Source of the DNA: an uncultured Bacilli bacterium | GTDB lineage: Bacteria; Bacillota_I; Bacilli_A; RF39; UBA660 | Assembly (NCBI GenBank): GCA_947632715.1 | Contig: CANRQF010000001.1 | Span: forward strand, 1 to 53,234 | Length of the DNA stretch: 53,234 nucleotides | Direction of reading: 5' to 3' | Shown: piece after piece, positions 19,329 through 27,990 of the stretch | How positions within the stretch are numbered: position 1 is the stretch's first letter | Layout: each line of letters starts with the position of its first letter | The notes under the pieces: generated by a model | The model's input: the letters and a program-made list of their open reading frames with translations, nothing else | What the model was told of the DNA's origin: nothing | Databases searched by the model: none | Program-made: the position numbers and the translations under genes

Positions 19329-19344
19329 ATTATTAGGAGGTAAT

Positions 19345-20949
19345 ATGGCTAAATATGTATTCGTAACTGGAGGGGTTGTTTCTGGTCTTGGTAAAGGTAT
19401 AACGGCATCATCTGTGGCACTATTATTAAAATCAAGGGGCTATAAAGTTTTCATGCAAAAATTTGATCCTTACTTTAATGTGGATCCTGGCACGATGAAT
19501 CCTATTCAACATGGAGAAGTATATGTAACTTATGATGGTTGTGAAACTGACTTAGATTTAGGTCACTATGAAAGATTTATTGATGAAGAACTTAATTATT
19601 CATCTAATATTACAAGTGGTAAAATTTATAAATCAGTAATTGAAAAAGAAAGAAAAGGAGATTATCTTGGCGCAACAGTACAAATGGTACCACATATCAC
19701 CAATGAAATAAAAAATAAAATTTATGAAGCTGCTGCATCTAGTAATGCTGATATTATTATTACGGAAATTGGTGGTACAGTTGGAGATATTGAATCTAAT
19801 TCTTTTATTGAAGCTCTAAGGCAAGTACAATATGAACTTGGTAAAAGTAATACTTTCTTTATTCATTGTACTTTAATACCATATATATTTGGTTCAGGTG
19901 AACTTAAAACTAAACCTACCCAAAATAGTGTTAAAGATTTAAGAAATATGGGAATATCACCAGATGCTTTAGTTTGTAGAGCCCCATTTGAAACTAGTCA
20001 AAATATTAAAAATAAACTATCTTTATTCTGTTCTATTCCTGTTAATAATATTATTGATTCAATTGATGTTAATAACATTTATCAAATTCCCCTTAATTAT
20101 TATAAACAACATATAGATGAAATTATTTTAAAACAATTTGAATTACCAGTAAAAAAAGCTAATTTGAAATATTGGGAAGATCTTGTAAATACAGTTGATA
20201 ATTTAAAAGATGAAATAGAAATTGCTCTAGTAGGAAAATATGTTGAATTACATGATGCTTATATTTCTGTTTCTGAAAGTTTAAAACATGCTGGTTATAA
20301 AGTAAATAAAAAAATTAATATTAACTGGATTAATTCTGAAGAATTAGAAAAAGAATCAGCTAATTTGAAAGAAATATTTAAAAATGTAAAAGGAATACTT
20401 GTTCCTGGTGGCTTTGGTGGAAGAGGTATTGAAGGTAAAATAAAAGCCATTACTTATGCAAGAGAAAATAAAATACCTTTTTTAGGTATATGTTTAGGTA
20501 TGCAACTAGCAGTTATTGAATTTGTCAGAAATGTTTGTCATTTAGAAGATGCTAATTCAACGGAATTTAATCCTACTTGTAAAAATCCCGTTATTGATTT
20601 AATGGCTGATCAAAAATCTATTATAAATATGGGTGGAACTTTAAGACTTGGTAATTATGAATGTACTCTTATTAAAAATACATTAGCATATAAAGACTAT
20701 AATACAGATATAATTTTAGAAAGACATAGACATCGTTATGAATTTAATAATGCTTATAAAGAAATATTAGAAAAAAATGGCTTAATAATTTCTGGAACTA
20801 ATACAAAAGCTAATTTAGTAGAAATAATTGAACTAGAAAATCATCCTCACTTTATTGCTTGTCAATTTCATCCAGAATTTAAAAGTAGACCAACACACCC
20901 TCATCCATTATTCTTAAGCTTTATTGAAGCAGCAAATAAAATTAAATAA
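19345..20949 (+). CDS. pyrG: CTP synthase
   Basis: Motifs GGVVSGLGKG and GICLGMQ. Full-length similarity to PyrG. Confidence 0.97.
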   Translation: MAKYVFVTGGVVSGLGKGITASSVALLLKSRGYKVFMQKFDPYFNVDPGTMNPIQHGEVYVTYDGCETDLDLGHYERFIDEELNYSSNITSGKIYKSVIEKERKGDYLGATVQMVPHITNEIKNKIYEAAASSNADIIITEIGGTVGDIESNSFIEALRQVQYELGKSNTFFIHCTLIPYIFGSGELKTKPTQNSVKDLRNMGISPDALVCRAPFETSQNIKNKLSLFCSIPVNNIIDSIDVNNIYQIPLNYYKQHIDEIILKQFELPVKKANLKYWEDLVNTVDNLKDEIEIALVGKYVELHDAYISVSESLKHAGYKVNKKININWINSEELEKESANLKEIFKNVKGILVPGGFGGRGIEGKIKAITYARENKIPFLGICLGMQLAVIEFVRNVCHLEDANSTEFNPTCKNPVIDLMADQKSIINMGGTLRLGNYECTLIKNTLAYKDYNTDIILERHRHRYEFNNAYKEILEKNGLIISGTNTKANLVEIIELENHPHFIACQFHPEFKSRPTHPHPLFLSFIEAANKIK

Positions 20950-20958
20950 ATAAAAAAA

Positions 20959-21005
20959 ACTATTGGTATAGCAGTATTACTTATAAAAGTCCAATAGTTT
21001 TTTTA
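20959..21005 (+). terminator. intrinsic terminator after pyrG
   Basis: ACTATTGG...CCAATAGT stem followed by TTTTTTT. Confidence 0.5.
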
Positions 21006-21184
21006 TCCTTACTTGTTTACAATTTTAATTCTAGATAGACTTCATCTACCAAAATTTTTAAGAACATAAACATAGTCGCGAACACATTCACTGCTACTAA
21101 TTATCTTTTATCACATTTATTAATATTTGTAAATATATTTTTTATTTTTTTTATAATTTTTACATTTTTTTACGTTTAAAAATT

Positions 21185-21209
21185 AAAAGAGATATTTCAT
21201 ATCCCTTTA
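21185..21209 (-). terminator. intrinsic terminator after Cys-rich protein P1, paralogous to the one at 26857-26885
   Basis: On the minus strand, GGGATAT-GAA-ATATCTC followed by TTTT. Confidence 0.55.
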
Positions 21210-21238
21210 ATATTTTTTATCATTATCAGTTATAATTT

Positions 21239-22534
21239 CTATTTTACTGACGAAAATGTTTTGTAACATAAAGCCCAACTACCACCTAGACCATCGGCTG
21301 CTCCACCTACTTCTCTAGTATATCCGGCAGCACATGTTCCTGCTACTGGTCCACATTCTTTATCACATGCATCTTGGGAAGTATATGTTTTAGATGTATC
21401 ATTTTGACATGTCCATATTGTAATTGTACCACCGCCTCCGGTACTATTACATTCACAAAGTACTTGTGTTCTACCATTTTGATAACAAACAGGTAAACTT
21501 GACATTGAACCATAACCACAATTATCAAAAACTACTTCTTTTTCTCCTTGTTGTTCCCAACCACCATTTTGACATATCCAATTGGATTTAATACAATAAC
21601 CATCTCCACCACCATAACCGCCACTTGTAGAATGGCAACCACTAGTTTGAGAAACTGATGACTCAATAGTACATGATCCTATTCCAGCGTCATTTTTTAC
21701 ATACCCATAATAAGTTCCTGATAAAGATATAGATGGATTTGAAGGATTTGTATATTTTGAATCATCTTGAGGGGTTATGTTGGTTGTTCCTACATACCAT
21801 TTTTCTGCATCGCTACTTTTATTAAATTTTACTGAAATTGAACCATTTGTATTTACTACTTCAAATGAACATTTTGGTATATTCTTTGTTTCAGGTTTAT
21901 CATATGTTATTGAATCATAATCACTAACTTGGAATTTACTATTTTTAACAAAAGCATAATATGTAAATACTCCTTTTGTATCAGGAATACTAAATGTACT
22001 ATTATCTAATTTTTTATTACTGGATTCTGTTGAAGTTAAATTAGTCCATGTACAACTTGAACTATTATTTGATGTTGTAACACAATATTGAGTAGCATTT
22101 TTCAAAGTCCATTTTAGATGATAGCCAACAACTGGATTTGTAGTTGTTGAACCTTTAAAACTACCTAGATTAAATGTTAAAGATGCTTTCAAAAAATATA
22201 AATTACAATATGTTGATTTATTAGTCTTTACTGATGCTTTTCTTGTACTTTCATTATAAGTTAATACACCAGTTAATTTATTTCCTTTTTTATCTACACA
22301 ATTTGAACTATCTTCATCAAATAAATAACCTTCTGGCCAAAAATTCTTTTCTTCATATAATCTATAGCCATCACCTTCATCAACATAAATAGAAAACATT
22401 TCACTATTAATACTCTCTACTTTTTCATAATTGGTTAATACTTTTCTATTACCATAAGACCTAATTAAAAAAGCAATGGCAAAGCCCTCTAATAATATAA
22501 CTACTACTAACAATACTTTTGCTATTTTTTTCAT
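21239..22534 (-). CDS. cysteine-rich N-terminally anchored modular surface protein (paralogue P1), function unknown
   Basis: N-terminal TM helix. Conserved blocks are shared with 26920..27978 and 27991..29187. The SD lies inside the end of the upstream ATP-grasp gene, with a 7-nt gap. Confidence 0.75.
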   Translation of the reverse strand: MKKIAKVLLVVVILLEGFAIAFLIRSYGNRKVLTNYEKVESINSEMFSIYVDEGDGYRLYEEKNFWPEGYLFDEDSSNCVDKKGNKLTGVLTYNESTRKASVKTNKSTYCNLYFLKASLTFNLGSFKGSTTTNPVVGYHLKWTLKNATQYCVTTSNNSSSCTWTNLTSTESSNKKLDNSTFSIPDTKGVFTYYAFVKNSKFQVSDYDSITYDKPETKNIPKCSFEVVNTNGSISVKFNKSSDAEKWYVGTTNITPQDDSKYTNPSNPSISLSGTYYGYVKNDAGIGSCTIESSVSQTSGCHSTSGGYGGGDGYCIKSNWICQNGGWEQQGEKEVVFDNCGYGSMSSLPVCYQNGRTQVLCECNSTGGGGTITIWTCQNDTSKTYTSQDACDKECGPVAGTCAAGYTREVGGAADGLGGSWALCYKTFSSVK

Positions 22535-22541
22535 TTTTCAC

Positions 22542-23747
22542 TCACTTCCAATAACTATTTTTATATTCTATATAATAATGTAACCATCTTTTTCTAAGCA
22601 TCAAATATCTTAGAAAATTACGATCACATTTTGCATCCATTGGTTTAATTACTTTTTCCCATAATTTGAATACTTCTTTTTTATAAGCTTCATTATTTAT
22701 ATATTTTTTTATTATACCTTTTGGAACAAAAGATAATAATACTTTTTCATTTAAATATCTAAATTCATGTTCTTCATGATTGATTAAATCATCCACTAAA
22801 GTTTTAACTAAATTTTTACCCAATGCTGTAATGTAGTAACTACATCTACCTTGTCTTGCATTAATTTCTAATACTTTAAAAGTATTATCTTTCTTATCAT
22901 ATTTCATATCAACTTCAGCAAAACCACGATAATTGATACTCTCTAAGAAATTTTTAATGGTATCTACTTGTTTTTGAACATCACCATTTGTTAAATTTAA
23001 GCCATTAATTAAGACAGCCGCATTACCAACCATTGTTGTTGTTCTTTCTTGTAGTCCAATTTGAGCAAAACTCATAAATTCAGCTTTACCTTTACTATTT
23101 ACATAGCAAACAGCATCAAATAAACAATCATCATCTCCTTCAATAAATTCTTGGATGATTAACTTATCATTATATCCACTACTATATATTATATCAATTT
23201 TTTCTTGTAATGTGTTAAAATTTTTAATTTTATATATTTTATTTTTGCCTGCAAATTCTAAATGGTTGTAATCTACCACATTTGCGGGCTTTAAAACGAT
23301 GGGGTAAGAAATTTCTTTTAAATCTACTTTACACTTTTTGTCATAATAAATTGTCTTTGGAAACTTTAAATTACTCTTTTCATACGTTTTATAAAATATT
23401 TCTTTATTAGTTAAACTTTTTAAAACTTTTAAATCTGGTAAATTAAATAAATAATTTTTAGCAAGTTCTTCTTTATTTTTACTAATAAATTCACTATAAG
23501 TTTCATTGGTACTAATAAGTAATATTTTTTCTTTTTTATCTTTAGCAAAATCTCTAAGTAATTTTAAAAATCCTTCTTCACTCCACATATCTTGATTGTA
23601 AGATACTTCTAAAATATTAGTATATTTAGTAAATGATAAAACTTTTGTACCAATAACATATGGCTTTATTTTATATTCTTCATAACAACATCTAGCCATA
23701 TAGTAAGCATTCGCATCAGTTCCTAAAATGAGTACTGGATTCTTCAT
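22542..23747 (-). CDS. ATP-grasp carboxylate-amine ligase, D-aspartate ligase (Aslfm)-like
   Basis: Motifs VLILGTDANAYYMARCCYEEY, LKPANVVDY, FAEVDMKYD..FKVLEINARQGRCSYY and a C-terminal RKRWLHYYIEY resemble the D-Asp ligase family as I remember it. Not checked by search. Confidence 0.65.
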   Translation of the reverse strand: MKNPVLILGTDANAYYMARCCYEEYKIKPYVIGTKVLSFTKYTNILEVSYNQDMWSEEGFLKLLRDFAKDKKEKILLISTNETYSEFISKNKEELAKNYLFNLPDLKVLKSLTNKEIFYKTYEKSNLKFPKTIYYDKKCKVDLKEISYPIVLKPANVVDYNHLEFAGKNKIYKIKNFNTLQEKIDIIYSSGYNDKLIIQEFIEGDDDCLFDAVCYVNSKGKAEFMSFAQIGLQERTTTMVGNAAVLINGLNLTNGDVQKQVDTIKNFLESINYRGFAEVDMKYDKKDNTFKVLEINARQGRCSYYITALGKNLVKTLVDDLINHEEHEFRYLNEKVLLSFVPKGIIKKYINNEAYKKEVFKLWEKVIKPMDAKCDRNFLRYLMLRKRWLHYYIEYKNSYWK

Positions 23748-23757
23748 ATTCTCTCCT

Positions 23758-24939
23758 TTAATATTTTATTTCACTTTTTTCATTATTTTCAATATGAACT
23801 CTTACAACCCGATTAGATATAGAACTATATAAATGATAAGCATTAGTACCTAAATTTTTACATACTTCTTCTTGCGATATAACACTGCCAAATATTTCTA
23901 CTTCATCATTTATTTTAACTGTATTATCTACTTCAACCATGATCATATCCATACAATCATTTAATATTTTATATTTCTTTTTATTAATGGAAACATTACC
24001 AAATTCTTTTGTAACTCCATCAGCATAACCAATAGGTATTGTTGCTACTAACATATCTTCTAAAGCTTTATATTTGGCATCATAACCCACTATTTCATCC
24101 TTTTTTACTTCTCTTATACTAATTACCTTAGAATATAGGGAAAATGCTGGTTTAACCTTTAAATCGTTCTCTAAATAAGTATTACTAATATTATATTTCT
24201 TTAAATAACTTTCTCTTTTCTTACATCTTAAATAATCTTGAAAACTAGTTGAATATTTTATAATTGAATTATAACCATACATTAAGATACCTAGTCTTAT
24301 TCCTGTTGTATACTTACATTTATCATGACGTATTAGAGTTAGGCTTCTTGCAAAGTGAATGATTGGAATACTACTTAAATCTAAATCACTTATTAATTCA
24401 TCTATTTTGTTAATTGCTTCATCATAATAAGGATCCATAAACCCAGAGGTTGCAAAATGGGTAAATAAACCTTCTAAAACCATATTATCTTTTTCTTGGA
24501 TTAATTTATATGTTTCATTAATATCTTCTTTATTTTGGAATCCTAATCGATTCATACCTGAATTAATTATCATATGTATTTTTAATTCTTTTTTATATTT
24601 TTTAGTTACTAATTCTTTTACGTAATCTAAATTCTCTACTGATATTGTAATATCATTTTTACAAGCAACTTCTACATCTTCTAAGTCAATTGGTTCTAAT
24701 ATAAGTATGGGAATATCTAAATAATATTTTCTTATTTCTAATGCTTCATCTAATGAAGATACTGCTAAATAATTTATACCTCCCTTTATTAAAGATGGTA
24801 TTATATGTATTCCATGATTATAAGCATTATTTTTAACTACCCCAATATAATATTTATAATCATTATACTTTTCTTTTATATTCTTAACATTTTGTTCTAA
24901 TATATCATTATTTATTAATGCATATGTTTTTCTATACAT
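23758..24939 (-). CDS. alr: alanine racemase-fold (fold-type III PLP) amino-acid racemase
   Basis: PLP-lysine motif VVKNNAYNHG. Also IPIGYADG and MDMIMVEV. Confidence 0.8.
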   Translation of the reverse strand: MYRKTYALINNDILEQNVKNIKEKYNDYKYYIGVVKNNAYNHGIHIIPSLIKGGINYLAVSSLDEALEIRKYYLDIPILILEPIDLEDVEVACKNDITISVENLDYVKELVTKKYKKELKIHMIINSGMNRLGFQNKEDINETYKLIQEKDNMVLEGLFTHFATSGFMDPYYDEAINKIDELISDLDLSSIPIIHFARSLTLIRHDKCKYTTGIRLGILMYGYNSIIKYSTSFQDYLRCKKRESYLKKYNISNTYLENDLKVKPAFSLYSKVISIREVKKDEIVGYDAKYKALEDMLVATIPIGYADGVTKEFGNVSINKKKYKILNDCMDMIMVEVDNTVKINDEVEIFGSVISQEEVCKNLGTNAYHLYSSISNRVVRVHIENNEKSEIKY

Positions 24940-24951
24940 AACTTGTCTCCT

Positions 24952-26778
24952 TTATACACTTTCATTTACAAAAAATATCTCATACCATTTCAAAAATGAA
25001 TATATAGCCCATACTTTTTTATATAGATATTTTTTAGTACTAGTACAACTATCAAGAAGTTTCACTATTTTTTTAGTATTAAAGAATTTATTTGCATAAT
25101 CACTTGTAAATACATTCTTTACTTCATCATAGAATGGACTTTCACATATCCAATTTCTAAGAGGTACCGGAAATCCTAACTTCTTTTTATTATATGCTTC
25201 CGTTGGTATAACTTCTTTTGCGGCTTCTCTCATCGCTAATTTCGTTTTATTTTTAGCTATCTTTTGTTCCATTTTTAAAGTTTTAGCTACTTCAAACACT
25301 TCTCTATCAACAAATGGTACTCTTACCTCTAAAGAGTTAGCCATACTCATGCAATCACCTTTATGAAGGATATCTGCTACTAACCAAAAATTAATATCAA
25401 TGGCTTGCATTTTATTTAAATTATTTTCATCTTCATTTTTATTAAATATCTCTTTAGTAATTTCTTTATTTTTTATTTTACCTTTACTAACTAATATTTT
25501 ATCTCTTTCTCTTTCACTAAATATCTTACTTATACCAACATAATCATCTTCTAATTTATATCCTCTTCTTACTAAGAAATTTCTACCTCTAAATTCAGGT
25601 GTTAATTCAAGTAATTTAGCAATACTATGTCTTATAAAATAAGGAATTTTATTATACCAAGATAAATCAACATTTTCTAAATAAGTATTATATCCCCCAA
25701 AGAACTCATCAGCACCTTCACCAGATAAGCACACTTTAACATCCCTACTAGCAATTAATGATAAGAAATACAATGATATTGCTGATGGATCACTAAATGG
25801 TTCATCCATATGATAAATAAGTTTTGGAACAACTTCTAAGTATTCCTCTTTACTAATTATTTTACTTTTATTTTCTATTCCCAATTTATTAGATAAATCT
25901 TCAGCATAACTAATTTCACTATATTCTAAATTATTATATCCTACAGTATAAGTCTTATTAGGTTTAGCAAGAGATACAATATATGAAGAATCTACTCCAC
26001 TTGATAGAAATGAACCAACTTCAACATCACTTATTTGATGATGAGTTACTGAATCTTCCATAACTTTAGCTATTTTACTAACTACTTCTTCTAAACTGTT
26101 ATCTTTTACTTCAAATTTTACATCATAATATTTTTGAATATTTATTTCATTATCTTTATATATTAAATAAGATCCAGCAGGTAATTTATATACTCCTTTA
26201 AAGAAAGTTTCATCTAAAGGATTAAAACTAAATGACAAATATAAAGGTAGAGCATCTGTATTTAATTCTTTTTCAAAATCAGGTTGTTCTAAGAATGCTT
26301 TAATTTCACTTGCAAACATAAAAGTATCATTAAATTTACCATAATAAAAAGGTTTAATACCAAAATGGTCTCTAGCGCAAAATAAAGTTTTATTTTTTTT
26401 ATCCCAAATAGCAAAAGCAAACATTCCTCTTAACTTAGAGGGAAGGCTACTTCCCCATTCTTCATATCCATGAACTAAAACTTCTGTATCCGTTGTGGTT
26501 GTAAATTTATGTTTATGTTTTTTTAATTCTTTAGTTAATTCTTCATAATTATATATTTCACCATTAAATATAACAATTACATCACTAGTTTCATTATATA
26601 TTGGTTGATGTCCTTTACTTAAATCAATTATAGAAAGACGACGATGACCTAAGGCTACATCATCATCAGTATAATAGCCATCATCATCCGGACCACGATG
26701 TTTAATTCGATCAGCCATCTTTTTAATTATTTTATCTTTTTTCTTTTCTTTATTTACAAATCCAACTATTCCACACAT
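24952..26778 (-). CDS. asnB: asparagine synthetase B-type glutamine amidotransferase
   Basis: MCGIVGF N-terminal nucleophile. PP-loop-like FLSSGVDSS. 608 aa. Confidence 0.88.
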   Translation of the reverse strand: MCGIVGFVNKEKKKDKIIKKMADRIKHRGPDDDGYYTDDDVALGHRRLSIIDLSKGHQPIYNETSDVIVIFNGEIYNYEELTKELKKHKHKFTTTTDTEVLVHGYEEWGSSLPSKLRGMFAFAIWDKKNKTLFCARDHFGIKPFYYGKFNDTFMFASEIKAFLEQPDFEKELNTDALPLYLSFSFNPLDETFFKGVYKLPAGSYLIYKDNEINIQKYYDVKFEVKDNSLEEVVSKIAKVMEDSVTHHQISDVEVGSFLSSGVDSSYIVSLAKPNKTYTVGYNNLEYSEISYAEDLSNKLGIENKSKIISKEEYLEVVPKLIYHMDEPFSDPSAISLYFLSLIASRDVKVCLSGEGADEFFGGYNTYLENVDLSWYNKIPYFIRHSIAKLLELTPEFRGRNFLVRRGYKLEDDYVGISKIFSERERDKILVSKGKIKNKEITKEIFNKNEDENNLNKMQAIDINFWLVADILHKGDCMSMANSLEVRVPFVDREVFEVAKTLKMEQKIAKNKTKLAMREAAKEVIPTEAYNKKKLGFPVPLRNWICESPFYDEVKNVFTSDYANKFFNTKKIVKLLDSCTSTKKYLYKKVWAIYSFLKWYEIFFVNESV

Positions 26779-26814
26779 TGTATGCCTACTTTCTTTATAT
26801 TGACTTCTACTTTA

Positions 26815-26843
26815 ATTTTAAATAATTAGTTAAATTAAGTCAA
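26815..26843 (-). promoter_or_regulatory. candidate sigma-A promoter of the asnB-alr-ATP-grasp-P1 operon
   Basis: On the minus strand, TTGACT-N17-TAAAAT, about 35 nt upstream of the asnB-like ATG. Confidence 0.4.
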
Positions 26844-26856
26844 TATTTTACTATTT

Positions 26857-26885
26857 AAAAAGAGATATTTTTCATATCCCTTTTA
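26857..26885 (-). terminator. intrinsic terminator after Cys-rich protein P2
   Basis: On the minus strand, GGGATAT-GAAAA-ATATCTC followed by TTTTT. Homologous to 21185-21209. Confidence 0.55.
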
Positions 26886-26919
26886 TAATATTTATTATAA
26901 TTAATTACAATTTTCTATA

Positions 26920-27978
26920 CTACTGAACTACTGATGAAAATGTTTTATAACATAATGCCTGACTATTAGCTTGTCCATCTGTTCCAACAACCAATCTAGT
27001 GTATCCTACATCACATGTTCCTGCTACTGGTTTACATACTGCATCACATGCTGATTGAGATGAATATGGTGTTCTTGTATCATATTGACAAGTCCATACT
27101 GTTGAACCAGCACTTGGTCCACCGGAAGATGAACAACTACATGTTTCATAATCGGTTCTTTGACTAGTACCTCCAGCGGTATTACAACTTCCTGAACAGT
27201 TAGAAGTAGTTGAATGCCCCGAACAACTATATACTTGTGAACTACTAGTTATTGTTGCACTCATAGTTCCATTAACACAACTACAATATCCTTCATATAA
27301 AGTACAAGTAGAACCAGAATCTCCACCGCTACTACTTCCACCGGCAGTTGCAGAATGACATCCGCTTGTTTGAGAAATTTTTGTTTCTATAGTACATGAT
27401 GCTATTCCCACACTATTTTTTACATACCCATATAATGTAGAAAAACTAAATGTAGTTGTTTCTGTATTATTATATTGTGAATCAATTTGAGGAGTTATTC
27501 CACTTGTCCCTACATACCATTTTTTTGCATTATCACTTTTATTAAATGTTATTGAAATTGAACCATTTGTATTTGATACGCTAAATGAACATGTTGGTAG
27601 TGTTTCTGTTATTGGTAAATCAAAATATAAATAACAATAAGTTGTTTGTTTTGTATTTGTTACATATGCTTTATTTTCACTTTTTTCAAATGTTAATACT
27701 CCACTTACTATTTCTCCTTTTTCATTTATGCATGATGATTTACTTTGATTAAAATTATATCCTGATGGCCATGTTGTTGAACTGGAATATTCTTGGTATT
27801 CTCCACTACCTTCTTTAGTTTCTACCATTATCGCAAATGAACCATCTTTCTTTATTTCTTTTAATTCTACATTATCAAGTACTATTTCTTTATTTGTACT
27901 TGATTTATACATGAAGTATGTTGCTACTATCTCTATTACTATTAACATTATTATTAATATACTCTTATTCTTTTTCAT
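26920..27978 (-). CDS. cysteine-rich N-terminally anchored modular surface protein (paralogue P2), function unknown
   Basis: N-terminal TM helix. Shared blocks WPSGYNF..C..YCYLYF, PTCSFSVSNTNGSISITFNKSDNAKKWYVGT, GYVKNSVGIASC and WTCQYD...LCYKTFSSV. Confidence 0.75.
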   Translation of the reverse strand: MKKNKSILIIMLIVIEIVATYFMYKSSTNKEIVLDNVELKEIKKDGSFAIMVETKEGSGEYQEYSSSTTWPSGYNFNQSKSSCINEKGEIVSGVLTFEKSENKAYVTNTKQTTYCYLYFDLPITETLPTCSFSVSNTNGSISITFNKSDNAKKWYVGTSGITPQIDSQYNNTETTTFSFSTLYGYVKNSVGIASCTIETKISQTSGCHSATAGGSSSGGDSGSTCTLYEGYCSCVNGTMSATITSSSQVYSCSGHSTTSNCSGSCNTAGGTSQRTDYETCSCSSSGGPSAGSTVWTCQYDTRTPYSSQSACDAVCKPVAGTCDVGYTRLVVGTDGQANSQALCYKTFSSVVQ

Positions 27979-27990
27979 AAATTAATCCCC

